Assembly: GCA_013265495.1 (NCBI GenBank)
Contig: MU058059.1
Coordinates: forward strand, 1,835,502-1,899,501
Source: Vicugna vicugna
Taxonomy: Eukaryota
Length of the DNA: 64,000 nucleotides
Direction of reading: 5' to 3'
Shown here: in pieces, positions 27,018 to 39,373 of the stretch
Position numbering within the stretch: the stretch's first letter is position 1
How the letters are laid out: each line of letters starts with the position of its first letter
Position numbers and translations under genes: made by a program
Notes under the pieces: generated by a model
The model's input: the letters and a program-made list of their open reading frames with translations, nothing else
What the model was told of the DNA's origin: nothing
Databases searched by the model: none

Positions 27018-30000
27018 TACATATATATAGACCTTTTTGAACAAGAATGCCAGAAATAACAAAAATTTCTGATCTAAAAAATAATTCAGATCTACTTTCC
27101 AAAGAGAATCCATTTCCAAAGTCACAATACAGTATTTATGTTCTGACTTGCTCCTGAGTTGGAGGTGGAGAGACTTCTGTGTAAAGAACACTGTATTGTT
27201 AGGTATGTTGTACTGTCATTCTGGTACAAATGAGCATTTCCCTGTCCTCGAGCACTGATGTGTTTAAAGCTCATTCTCTTACGAGCACAGGCCCCGCAGT
27301 TAAGGTTGGTTTGACGAAGGGTGTTCTTGTGCTCTCATAACCTTCGGTGTAGTCAGCAGTCACGGAGCCTCTGTCTTCTCGTCACGATCGTGGTGCTCGG
27401 TGAATAGCTTTCCATGTGCCAGACACAGATTTCCTTTCCTTATTAAACGTATCATTTTTATATTTCACAACTGTAGACAATCACTTCTGCAGCCCCAGTT
27501 TTAAAATGCAGAACTGCCTTTATCCAACTGCTCTTTATCCAACAGTGCTGAAAAATACTATTATATCCAGATATTCTATGCTGTAAAAACAGATTTTGTT
27601 TCTGTTCATCAATCATAGACTTGGCCAAGCACTGTGGATTAGCACCAGGCTTTAAAATCAGATGCATGTTTGGTGAGCTGAAAACTGTCTTGCTGTCAAG
27701 ATCCTGCGGAGCCATTTTCCAGACCTTCAGTTGGTGAGAACGCACAATTCTCCATGCTTCTGACTGAGAGCAAATCTAAAATGTGCTGGGGCTCAGACAG
27801 CCCTGCCTTTCATCTGGAGGCTGCAATATAGTCCTTCCAGGGTTGGCTAGAAATGGGGGCAGAGGTCTTATACATCCCACGTGTGTGCTTTGGATTAGAA
27901 TCTACAGATTGAGATTTTGATGAATTTCAGTTTTAATGAAACTTAATGCCCAGATGACTCTCTTGCAATTCAAACAATAGACAGAGTTGCTTACAAAGGC
28001 AGAAAACATTCTATCTGCTTACCAAGTCTCAAAACATAATGTGATAATGTAAGCCCATATTATAGAAGTCTTTTATATCCTCATTGTGCCTTGATATCTG
28101 TAAAGCCATTACTTATATTCAGCATGGAGATAATTGCATTTCTGTCCGTTAGATTTTGTTATGATTTTTATAGAAAACTCAAATACCTATTCATTTTATT
28201 TGTTTACTTGATAATTTTTATTTCATTTGCCCGAAAACCCATTAGAAGGGTAAATGTGTTCTATTGGTTTATATTTATTCCTACATTTCATCAGTTCTCA
28301 ATGCATGGCTAATTGATGGCATCTGAGTTTACGTAACAGACTTGAATGCACTGAAGTGATTAATGTTACTCCCGGAATAAGTCTGATATCTCATGACATT
28401 TCAAGCATTTTCCATCTGACACCAGGCATTTGAGGGTCTGAAAAAATGCTGTTCTCATTTTTGCAATTCATACAACAGAAGTAAACATTTTACTTCATGT
28501 GGTTGCTGAGATTCAAGACATAAGATAGCAGTAATTTATGTCCATATGCATTGAAGAAATTCTTCCAGTTAGCTACCTTATACTTCTGCATATATTAAAA
28601 CAATGACTGATTTTTCTCATTGAGTTACCTGTCATTTAGAATAAATTCTGTTGTGTTTTGAAAATTCACAAATCTATCCATTTAATTTTTTATTTGGAAA
28701 TTTTTACTTCATTTGACTGAAAATACATTAGGACTGATGCATAATTTCTGAAGGTTTTAAGATTTGCTCCACTGGGCATTAGTTTTAAGTAAATGGCTAA
28801 TAGGTGACAGGTAAAAAACATTAAGTTTCTGAATTTCTTACCCACTCTTGGGTAGTTTTAGGTTGTCAGAGACTTAGCCCAGTCAATAACTTTAATCACT
28901 TCAAGGCATTCAAGGATGTGTGACAATTTTCTAGTAACTATATAATACGGAAGGCCATGTCAATACCAATATTACTGGATGTAATTTTTATTCTTAGTCA
29001 TAGGGTTAACTAACTGATTAGGGAAGAGTTTACAGTAGACACACAAACTAATTTTTGTGTGGTTAAAGAAATTCTTTTCACTCATTTTATTCCTTTTTTT
29101 TAAACTAATTTTATTCTTAATGAATAAACAAATCTTTACAGTTAAAATTAAAAAATGCCCACTATCTAAGTATTGAAAAAACTAGTCTTTGCCTTATGAA
29201 GAGTTGTTTTTAAATAGTTGCAGTACTCTGCAAATATGAAAAATGTATCTGCAGACAAAAGAAGCTTGAGACCCTGGGCTTCTAAGTTCTGTTCTTCATG
29301 ACTTCCCACCTCACCCCGTCCCAAGTGCTCCTGGTGTACAGTTAGGAAGATAATATCCAGAAAGGCATGAAAGACAGTTAACATTTTAGGCCCTTATGCA
29401 GAAAAAAGCCCCAGAACTGGCTCATTCTTACCCCATTTCTACAAAAGAAGACCCCATTGTTAAACAGCTCACTTAGGGATATGATTCTTGGAGTCATTGA
29501 TCTTTGAACAAACTGGAATATTAATCTCTTTACAATGTGTATACAGTATAAACTACCTCACTTGTCTTTCTTGGGAAGAAAATTGACGGACGTTAACAAT
29601 TTTCGTTACAAAATATTATTTAAGTCACTTTGGTTAGCTTTCAGTGTACATTTAATAATATACGTTTAATGATGTAAAGTATTTTTAGCAAAGGCTTTAA
29701 AACCAAAAATACCCTGTGACTGTGACGTGTGGTGTAGATGCTGAGAATCTAAGTCCCTTAGTCATCGTCGTGTGTGTTTAACTGTGTTGAGATGCAGGTT
29801 TTGAAAGGTCCGAATTAATTTCATCTCCTTTCACACATTTTCAGCTGTTTTCTCCACACTGCACTTGACTGAAAGTAGCAGGTTGGTGTCTTTTCTTCCT
29901 ATCAAGCATATTTGAACTGTTTTGCATAAATGTATTGCACGTCTGAAAGGAATCTATATTATGGGACTGACTAGTTCCTGTTTTCTGACAGGCACTTTCA

Positions 30001-30031
30001 ACCTTTTTTTTTTTTTATAAATACGTCACTT

Positions 30032-30056
30032 AATAAATAATGTGACATGGATTAAA
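30032..30056 (+). promoter_or_regulatory. Probable ARHGAP28 polyadenylation signals
   Basis: AATAAA at 30032-30037 and ATTAAA at 30051-30056, followed by T-rich sequence. Confidence 0.6.
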
Positions 30057-30329
30057 ATGTTTCTTTCAGGCATTTTTAACAGTTTCATACACACACACAC
30101 ACCTTAATTTTAAAATAACATTTTCTTTCAGGCATTTTCCAACTATTTTCTATAATTATGTGATTAGCTTGAAAAATTGTATATTGTCACTAGGATGACA
30201 GTTTTTTATGTTGTCTTCCATCTCAAAAGTGAATATTGATACTTTTGTCCATCAGTTTCATTGTTAAATATACTATGTATGTTGCATTTTATCCATAAAA
30301 ATAAAGAAAAAAACTTAAAAAAAAGAAAA

Positions 30330-31000
30330 TCATAAAAAACCAAGTGTTAAAATTACTAGAATTAATAAGTACATTTAACAAGGTCACAGGATCAAGGTCA
30401 ATCACAAAATTAGTTGTGTTCTACATATTAGCTAAAGACAACCAGAAAACAAAATGATAAAAGCAATACCATTTATAATAGCATCAGCAAATATAAAATA
30501 TCCAAAAGTAAATATAATGAAAAATGTGCGAGGCCTCCCTTATTACTGAACACCACAAAGAGTTCCAGGAGAAAGCAAACAGGAGCTAAAGAAATGGAAA
30601 GATAGTCCATGTTCATGCACTGGAAGAGTCAATGTTGTTAAGATGTGGATTCTTTCCAAATAGACCTATAGATGCAATGAAATTCCTATAATAATCACAG
30701 GAGTCTTTTTTTTTTAAAGAAATTGAAAAGCTGATTTTTAAATGTATATGAAAATTCACAGGACTTAGAATAGTCAAATTATATTGAGGAAAAATAAAGT
30801 TGGAAAACTTACCTTGTTTCAAGAATTATTACAGAGTGCAATAATCAACACAGTGCAGGATTGATTTTAAGATAAGCAGAAAGATTAATGGCACAGACTA
30901 GAGTTCAGAAATAGACATGCACATGTATAATCAGTTGATTTTTGACAAACAGCCCAGCAATCCAGTGAGGGAACGGAAAGTGTTTCAAAACACAGTGCTT
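30330..31000 (+). mobile_element. Old L1 ORF2 fragment
   Basis: ttactagaattaataagt…aataccatttataatagcatca…gttcatgcactggaagagtcaatgttgttaagatg…ttgatttttgacaaa. Confidence 0.8.
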
Positions 31001-33144
31001 TGTCTGTCCCTCACAGTCCAGAGGGCCTGGTGGTCTTTATCACTTCAGTCCAGGTAAGATGAGTAGGTGGTCTCTTTCTGAGGACCTCCTGCACCCTGCA
31101 CAAACACAGCGTCATTCCAAAGGGTTCACTGTTCCCCTGGATGTAGCTCCTGGCCTTTGGCACAGAGACGGACACTGATAACCAAGCAGATGTGCCTTCC
31201 CTACCCTTTCTTTATTTTGGTGCATCTATTTAATGAATTTGGAAGCGTAACGGAAATCGTCACCACTCCTACAGTTTCTTTCCCTGTTCCTGGGAGGCAC
31301 TTCCCCTGCGGCGTGGCTGATGCAGCTGTCATTCCTAGGCCCCCAGTTTGTCGCCTTGAGGGCACATCTGGGTTCTCTCTCCCTGTGGCTCTTGACTACG
31401 GAGCGTGTGCTCTCCTTGGCTGGCCATTCTGGAAGATTCTTATCCTGCCTGAGCCCAGTTTCAGTCTGTTCCACTAGATCAACTTGGAATCCTGCTGGCT
31501 GTAACAAGTGACGAAGTACATTATCTCATTTCCAAAGATTTCTGCAAAATAGGGTTTGACAGCAAAGCATACAAGCAGATGGAAAAGAATCTGTAGTTCC
31601 AGGGATACTGGGGGCTCCCACAGACATGCTGCTCTCATCGTCCCAGCAGTAGGTGACACCTTTTCTGACAATCCAGACAGAAATGGGGGGGGGGCACTCG
31701 CCAAAGATTCATCTAAGTTTTATCAACTAACAATCACATGTGGACTCTTACAGATTGTCATCTTATTTATGAACTTTCATGTTGTAACAATTCATTCTCA
31801 GCTGTTGCTCTGCATTTGTATAACATGTTTATCACTGCACAGCAGTGACTTTGCTACAGTTCTCAGCACCATGTCCTGAGGTAACAGATTGGGAACAGGA
31901 CTGTCTACCATGTAGCACTCACTATGTCACAGTACAACAGGACAGGAAAACTTGGCCGCAGAAGGAAAGAACTGATAAATTGGATCCATCACATTTTAAG
32001 ATTTCTGCTCAGCAAATACACCATCAAGCCAATGAAAAGACAAGCCACAGGTTTTTATCTCAACAAACTGTTCAAGTGCTAAGTTAGCACTTCATTGATA
32101 TTTGTTGATAAATGTTCAACATTGAGTCACTTACCACTCCTAAATATCATGAATTGTGTTAGAGACAGCTGCATAGACTGAGCAAATGCAGAGTTAATGC
32201 CTTATCCTAGAAGATCTAATTGCTGGGCCCTGTCCTCCAGATCAAAGAAGCCATCCTTGTTTTCAAGGAGCTTTGACACAAAATGAAGTTATACAGGTCC
32301 CTCCAGTGATATTTCTGGGGGCCTATTCAAGAGATTGACAAGCAATAAAAAGGCCTAAGAAAACGGTGACTCGATACAACTGTCATCCTCTGCTCCTTTC
32401 ATTTGAAATGTGGGTGATTGCCACCTCCTGGCAACCTTTCTTCTTCAAGGACACATTTCCCCTCTAGGAGCTTTGGAGAAAGCAACCACCCTGCTTTGTA
32501 ATGTCAGGATAAAATGAATCAACCAAAGTTAATATTGCAAGGAAATTGGAAGTACAACTACAACTGGGAAATGAAGATTTAGTGAGAAGTGTAACACACT
32601 GGAGAATAAAAAGGGTGTCTAGGGTGCAGTTGTAATTGGTCATATTTTTTCCATAATTGATGGATTCAACTAACCAGTACTTTATTGAGGATTTTCACAT
32701 CTAGATCCACAAGTAAAAGTGGTCTGTATTTGTCTTATAATTTCCTTACCAGGTTTTGGAACCAGGGTTCTACCAGACATACTGAATGGGTAGAGTAGCT
32801 TTTCCATTTTTATATTCCACTTGAGACAGTGTGTGAAGTGTTTCAGGAAGGGCTGGAAGAGGGGGGTTGCAAAGGGGCAGGAGGGAACTTCGGGGGTGAA
32901 GGAAATGTTCATTATCTTGAATGTGGAGATGGTTGAAGGGATGGATACAGACGCTGAAAGTCATCAGTCTATACACTTTAAATATGTGATGCCTAGTTTA
33001 TTGTATATCAGTTAGACCTCAATAAAGCTGTGAAAAAAAACCAGACACACTTAGGCCCAGGCCCTGAAATGTGGCTGTGCCCTGGATCCCTGGCCATCTG
33101 GACCCTGGGAGACAGCCAGGCTTCACCCACTGCCGTTACCCAGA

Positions 33145-35030
33145 GGACAGCACCTGAGGACAACATCTGGATCCTGAGATTGTCCAGAAGGGCAATTGAG
33201 ACTATCTCCTGTGCAAAATGATTTCCATTGGAACAATTTCTGGAAAGAGACTGAATCATCACGTGCTCCTGCCCAGGCGTCCGGAGAGTCCACGGTTCCT
33301 CTGGCCAATGACTTGAAGGTCAGTTTGAACAGGAGCACATTGCCTCTGTCACGTTTCTTCAGCATCTTTTGCTGCTGTTGGGATTCCAGGGGCCACGTCA
33401 CAGCTAACACCGGACAGTAGTGACGACAGAAATGACTTTATGAGGCTCCGTGATTCCTCAGACACACAGCTTGTTGGGACATGTGGAGAAAAATAGAGGT
33501 TTTACTCCAGTCTTCCCTGAGGTTCCAGATGAACATGTCACTCGGCCAGCGTTCCTCTCAGGGACACTAATGATCTGAAGTCACAACCCCGACATTCTTT
33601 AAGAAGGAATTACCAAACCTGCCTGCAGCAATTTAAGGTGGGAAGGAAGCATCAGACAGAAAGAAACTTTATCTGATCTGCCTCAACCATGGAGGCGTTA
33701 AAAGAGATGAAATCTGTATTACATTTGATGCCTGGAGAGGGACTTTTGGTCATTGCTACAAGCACAGTTCTTGAGCTATTTCCTACTTGGGTGATGTCAC
33801 TAGACAGCTGTCTTACAACCCTCAGGAAATAACAGAGAAAGTCCAGTGTTCTTTCAGGTGACTTAGTAGTCGACGTGGTCTCCAGGGAAAACTGCTCCCA
33901 TCCCCAGGACAGTGGTCAGGAAAGCGGGACAACTTGGGTTGCCTGGACAGACTTCAGGCCTCAAGAAGGCTACGTTTCTTAAAAAAAATGTTTTACCTGA
34001 CAAAAATCAGCATCCATTATTTTTAAAAGGCCTAAAAATAGAGAAAAAAGGGAGTCTTCCCATTTTGTGTTCTTCTACATCTCAACTTGTGAAGAGTCTA
34101 GACAGAGCCCTGGCCTTGCACTTGGGAGAGATGACATTTCTGAGCTGCACATGGCAGGGACGCCCGCAGCCCGTGTCTCTGGAATGGACAGGGAGGCTCC
34201 AGTGCTCACCAGGGTCAGAGCCGAGCCTGCAGCGGTCCACACACGCTGGCTGGACCTGGGGCTGCTGCTCCAACAGCCACACACATCCATGTGGGTCGTG
34301 CCCTCCAAACTGGACCATTCACAGATTGCTCCCCCGAGGGGATGTGGTTGCTGCCTCCTCCGGTGGGGAAAGTACGCTGTCCACCTTCCTTCAGTGAACC
34401 ACACTTCGAGATAAAATGACAGAAGTCAATCAGCAAAAGAAGACATATCAGGAAACAAAAGTACCAAATGACATTCCCAGAAGCCTCTTGTCTTAGGCTG
34501 GTCTTCTCACCCCTAAGCCCCTACAGTTGAGCTCCACCCATCAGTTGCAGAATTATCCTTTCAGGAGGAAATGATACGCCTGCGTGCAGAGAGCACAGGT
34601 TTTGTGAAAACCCCTCAAATTCACACACTTTGTCTCCAAACCCCACGGAGAAATCCCGTCAACCCTTACCTTTACTGTAGGAATCCTTTGCAGCCTGTGT
34701 CAGAGACATCAAGCTCATCACCGTTCTGAATAAATTGTCATTGATGTCAGCCAAGGACACTTACCTGAGATCAGTCAAATCCACACACACAGAACTGAAG
34801 TCCCAGGGACCTGACCTCAGAGCACGGAGACAAGTGGCCACCAGGACCCGCATGCTGGTCTGTGGATGAGGTAACACAACTTGTGAAGGAGTCTCAGCCT
34901 TTGACACCCCTGGGAAAGCCCTTCAATGGACACGAAACTGGCCAAGGTTCTCCTGTGCTTGAGGGGCCGATGCAATGATGAAATTCAGGAGACGGAAGCT
35001 GGGCCCCACAGCAAAAGACGTGACAGTCAA
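33145..35030 (+). pseudogene. Processed pseudogene of SCML2 (Polycomb group Scm-like; 2xMBT, SLED, SAM)
   Basis: Colinear intronless remnants with stops and frameshifts: VQNDFHWNNFWKETE..NDLKV, DDRNDFMRLRDSSDTQLVGTC (MBT1), FKVGRK..ITFDAWRGTF (MBT2), KKGSLPILCSS, RGDVVAAS..VHLPSVN (SLED), DRSQSAKED, WSVDEVTQLVK..MMKFRRRKLGP (SAM). Confidence 0.9.
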
Positions 35031-35415
35031 CAAACATCGTGTTATCTGGACTGTCCGTACTTCCCAGGCGCACGGATGCCTTCTTAAAAGTGTGTGTGTC
35101 GCCCTAAGCAGCCTTCCTTTAGCAGAAGGCTCCCCTGAAGACTGTAAGACTAAGGTTAAAAATGGACTTCTCTAAAAACTTCTAAAAGTGTGAGTATTAG
35201 CATACTCAGATTGGTAGTTCTATGCACCTTTTAATTTTTAAAAACTGTTCAGTTTACAACTATACTTCATTGAGGAAATAGGAAAAGTTCTTGATTTTGG
35301 TAAATACATATTGAACAGCTACATCCAAAGAGTAAAATATCAAAGATTAATTTCTACAAATAAACCCACAGAAGTGTTACCTTAGAAGAAAACTTGATGA
35401 TCTAAGTACATTACA

Positions 35416-35624
35416 CTTTCTCAAGCTGACACTATTGGCATTTGGGGCCAGATGATGCTTTTTCCTGGGGACTGTTCGGGCGTGGTATGATGTTGGTAGC
35501 ATTTCCACCCTCTCCCCACTAGATGTCAGTAGCCCTTCCTCTTTCCCCTCAGTTTTGACCACTAAAAATATTTCCAGACAATTGTCCTCTAGGGGGCGAA
35601 ACTGCCGCTGGTTGAGAACCACTG
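35416..35624 (-). mobile_element. MER20 (hAT-Charlie non-autonomous DNA transposon)
   Basis: Reverse complement begins CAGTGGTTCTCAACC and follows the MER20 consensus (…CATCTAGTGGG…, …TCTGGCCCCAAATGCCAATAGTG…TTGAGAAA). Confidence 0.85.
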
Positions 35625-36739
35625 AATTAGATGTATCTTCTCTTTCGTGGACATTCTTTGTGGTGCTAGAATGCTCCATTCATGTTCTACTTGTTTCCAG
35701 AAAGAGAACAGCCATATAAATTACTTACCTGGCTTTATTACTTTAAATCCTTTTTCTTTCTTTCTTTCTTTTTTTTTTTTAAAGAAAAAGCTCATAAGCA
35801 TTGGGGGGGGAAAAAAAAGAAAAAGACACTTAGGTCAGCCTGAGTTCAGAGCCTCGGCCATTAGGCTGGAAAATCCAAAAGCTGGTCTTTCTACCCGAGT
35901 GTCTGGAGAGGCTGCAGGGGAAAACACATTCGCAAAGTATTTTTCACGAGAGGCTTTGTGAGTAGCTGTAACAATGAAAGCTCCAGATGCTATCAGATGA
36001 AAGGCAGTTCTCCCAGATCAATCCTGTGACACTCAAAGGGAGAGATACACTTTCTATTTTAGAAAAAAAAATAGATAACTTCAGTGTCTGGAGACCTCAT
36101 GGGTTTAATGACTGACTTGCAGGGCACTTGCAGGAGCTTGGAGTCCCAAACATGGGCTGCGGTCACACACATCTGTCTTTGGTGTCCCAGCCTCCTCTTG
36201 TGCGGACAGATATGTGTTCAGGGACACTAACCCTGACATGTAAGCTGAGAGTCTCCTTCCATATCCCTCAAGTGGGGTCTGGACTGCGAGCAGGGGGACG
36301 ACACCACCTCTGAACTGTGAGGTTCGTTCACAAAAAGGTGTTACGCTATCAGCTCTGTAACAGTGAGGAGACTGTTCAGCTCCATCAGTGAGTGATTGGA
36401 GCTGGCGATTGGCATTTCCACTGCTTCTCAACTGCTTTGAGAAATGTGTATGTAATACCGTGACATTTCCCCAAAGCCCCAGCATATGCTCAGTGAACTT
36501 GTCTCACTGAACAGGGCCCAGAGCCATCTGAGTGTGAGGGAACCAGCCTGGATAGAGCTGTGCACAGGGGAACCCCCTACAACGTGTGTCCTTGTAGGGT
36601 TTGTCAGCTATAATCCAACACTGTATAATCTGTACACATACATGATTCATTTACAACTTACTGTTTTCATGATCATTTTGACTTTTAAGACTTTTAATAC
36701 AAACATATTTAGTAGCTACATTAGGCAAGTAAATTTGTA

Positions 36740-38300
36740 ATGCAAAGTGCTGTAAGCATATAATTTGTGGAAAAGGACTGACAAATGAAGTCATGAATGA
36801 AACTGGTACTGAAGGGACATTTACTTAGCAAACAATCTCAAAACAAAAAAGAATTTGAGAGTTTTGAATTTTAAAAGGGTGACAAGCAGACATTCATGAT
36901 TGCACATGTAAACATTAAAGCTTTTGGGGGCTTCATACAGAATTGCTCTACAGGTCGCTAAGACTAAAGAACTATTTATAATTGCTGAGAGGTCAGTAAG
37001 AGGTTGCACTGGAGATGTTTGCCTAGAAACGTTTGGTGGAACATCGGAAAAACAATGCTCAAGTTATCGCTTTCCAATCAAATGTGCTTAGGAACTGACT
37101 ATTAAGATATAAGACCAACCCACAGAACATATAAAGCTACCTATTTTTCATTGCAACTTGACAACTGCACAGATACTGCTAAAATGACATGTTTTTAGTA
37201 TTATATAATTTGCACGATATTGAAAAGGTAGGACTTTTTTCCAGCTTTATTGCTGACAAACACAACCAGCTCTGAACTGAATGCAACTATGAAGGATTAC
37301 ACTGTCAACACATGTGCTTTGGGATTTGAGTTCTGAGTGGGAGTGTGTTCTGATGGTACCACTTCCAAAAAACATTTTGGAAGCATCACCCAGATCAAGC
37401 ACTTGCAACTGACTATAATCAGTTTACAACTCCTTAGTGGAGAGAAGTCTTGCTCTGAAATATGTCAGCTGAAGTAAAAAGGGTGCTTAATGATGTAGCA
37501 AAACTTCATGTGGTAAATATGAGATGATCCCTCTTACCATGTGACAGCACAGAAGCGGAATCACAACTGGCACTGCCTGCCAGGTCAGGGTCCTTACAAT
37601 GTGGAGAAGCTGTGCCAAAACTCTGAACTACAAGACAAACGCTTCCTGTTTCTACAAGATAAGAAACTAGGTAGGCTCTAATTTTTTAAATTGGTTAGTT
37701 AGTGTTGCCTATTTGTCTGCTATCTTCGGTATCTTTGATGGTTTTCATATTTCCACACAAGGACAGGTAGTACCATGTTTTGCTCAGGAATATATGATTC
37801 TAACAAATGTTAGAGGCTTGGAAGGATAAAGTTTTACAGATTTTTGGCATGTTGCACAATTTAACAATGACTGTCAATGAAGTAGGTGATTATCTTAATA
37901 TTGCCAATTTGAAAAGTTATAAGCATCCTATGAATTTGAATGCTTTAAATTTTCATTAATAAAAGATTCATATGTAGGAAATTCATTGTTTTATTGAAAG
38001 GCAATTTCGATAAAAGGTAATTGAAATGGAATCATACCTTTACATGATAAATTGTGGAACTAGCTATTAATGGATTGAAAATACAGCTTCACTTGTTTTA
38101 TTTGGGATCAAACTTAAAAATGAATGATCTTGAACTAGTTGAAACTACTTTAAAATAGCCTCTTATTTGCAATTAACATAACCCAAGATTAGTTTCTCTA
38201 ATGAGTTTTTAGAAGAAAACATAGAAGTCATTTAGATATACCTTACCTCCTAAAAGTAGTGTCATAAACCCAAGTTGTATTAAATTAACAAGAAGTGAAC
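36740..38300 (+). mobile_element. Decayed hAT/Charlie (Buster-type) transposase coding region, Charlie9/FAM200-like
   Basis: Frame-broken but colinear remnants: IICGKGLTNE..LKGHLLSK (BED-finger-like), ASYRIALQVAKTK, DVCLE, YFSLQLDNCTDTAKM, TNTTSSEL, VGVCSDG, AYLSAIFGIF, LEAWK, HNLTMTVNEVG, ENTASL, KHRSHLDI. Confidence 0.85.
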
Positions 38301-38924
38301 ACAATTGTGGAATGACAAAATGTTGCAAATATAATAGGGGTTCTCTGTATTAATCACCTATATACATAGTTTACATGACTGAATTGATTTAAAATTCCTT
38401 TTTCCCTATGTTGTATTTACTCGAAGGACAGTTAATAAAATGCGGTTTCACTGTGCTGTCTTTAATTTTAAAAATTGGGTTTGCATTATGTCTATTCTTT
38501 CATCTTTCTAGTAAATCATTTTTATGGTATTTTACAAAAATATCATCTACAACAGACAGGACATGTAAGAAACGAGGCTGGTCTTTCACCACAGACAATT
38601 TGAGAAGTACTCGTTGAGAAGCAACTTGTGTAATATTACTTCCTCACACAACTCTCCTCCATGCTCTCTTTATTTAGCTTAAGTTTTTATCTGTGTGTGT
38701 GTTACTAGGCACTTTCCCTTAATCTTTTGCTCACCTCAAGGGATATTTACATGTAGCTAGGATTCCCAATAAAAAGACTATTGAAGGCTCAGAGAAATTA
38801 AGCTATAGTAATTAGAATCAGCAGATCTCACTGTTGGATTTACAAGAAATGTAATCCAGTATCTTGCTCAAATTTGGAGTTGGTTCTGTAATATACTGAG
38901 AACAAAAGAAACATTGGATTCAGG

Positions 38925-39190
38925 TGCTGTAGTGCAGTATTGAGAAAACAGGCTCTGGAGTCAGTCTGCACAAATTCAAGCCTTGATTCTGCTCCCATAT
39001 ACTGTGGGACCTTGGACAAATTACTTAACTTCTCTGAGCCACAGTAGCCATATTCTACATTTGCCAAGCGAGGATGAGGACAATAACACCTACCACAAGG
39101 AGCTGATGTGATGATTAAATGAGATTGTACATGGAAACCCCCCAGTAGACTGGAGTGGAGTCAACAATACAGTCGGCTCTTCTTGTCATT
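38925..39190 (+). mobile_element. MIR SINE
   Basis: caggctctggagtcag…tgggaccttggacaaattacttaacttctctgagcc…gattaaatgagat. Confidence 0.8.
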
Positions 39191-39212
39191 TTACTTTTAA
39201 AAGCACCTTTAC

Positions 39213-39373
39213 GGGGCAAGGAGAATATAGCTCAAGTAGTAGAGCACATGCTTAGCATGCACAAGGTCCTGGGTTTAATCCTCAGTACCTCCTCCAAAAG
39301 TAAATGAAATAAATAGACCTAATTACCTTCCCCAACTTACCCCTGCCAAGAAAAAATTTTTTTTTAATTAAAA
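39213..39373 (+). mobile_element. tRNA-derived SINE, Vic-1-type (camelid)
   Basis: tRNA-like head TATAGCTCAAGTAGTAGAGCACATGCTTAGCATGCACAAGGTCCTGGGTTTAATCCTCAGTACCTCC, AAATAAATA linker, CCTAATTACC, A-rich tail; 12/14 TSD aaaagcacctttac (39199-39212) / aaaagcactttcac (39374-39387). Confidence 0.85.

Larger units (their letters stand above)
26607..30070 (+). other. ARHGAP28: ARHGAP28 3' UTR (~3.4 kb, end inferred)
   Basis: AT-rich stretch with no recognisable interspersed repeats after the stop, ending at AATAAA/ATTAAA just before L1 sequence begins. Confidence 0.65.

Noticed and set aside
32200..32290. Minus-strand peptide FVSKLLENKDGFFDLEDRAQQL, reminiscent of the E2F4/5 DNA-binding domain
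   Set aside because: No RRIYD motif follows, stops flank it and there is no other colinear E2F similarity; probably chance. The unique sequence at 31000-32620 remains unidentified and merits a BLASTX
39225..39292. tRNA gene
   Set aside because: The tRNA-like head continues into a SINE body, A-tail and TSD, and the B-box is degenerate (GGTTTAATCC)
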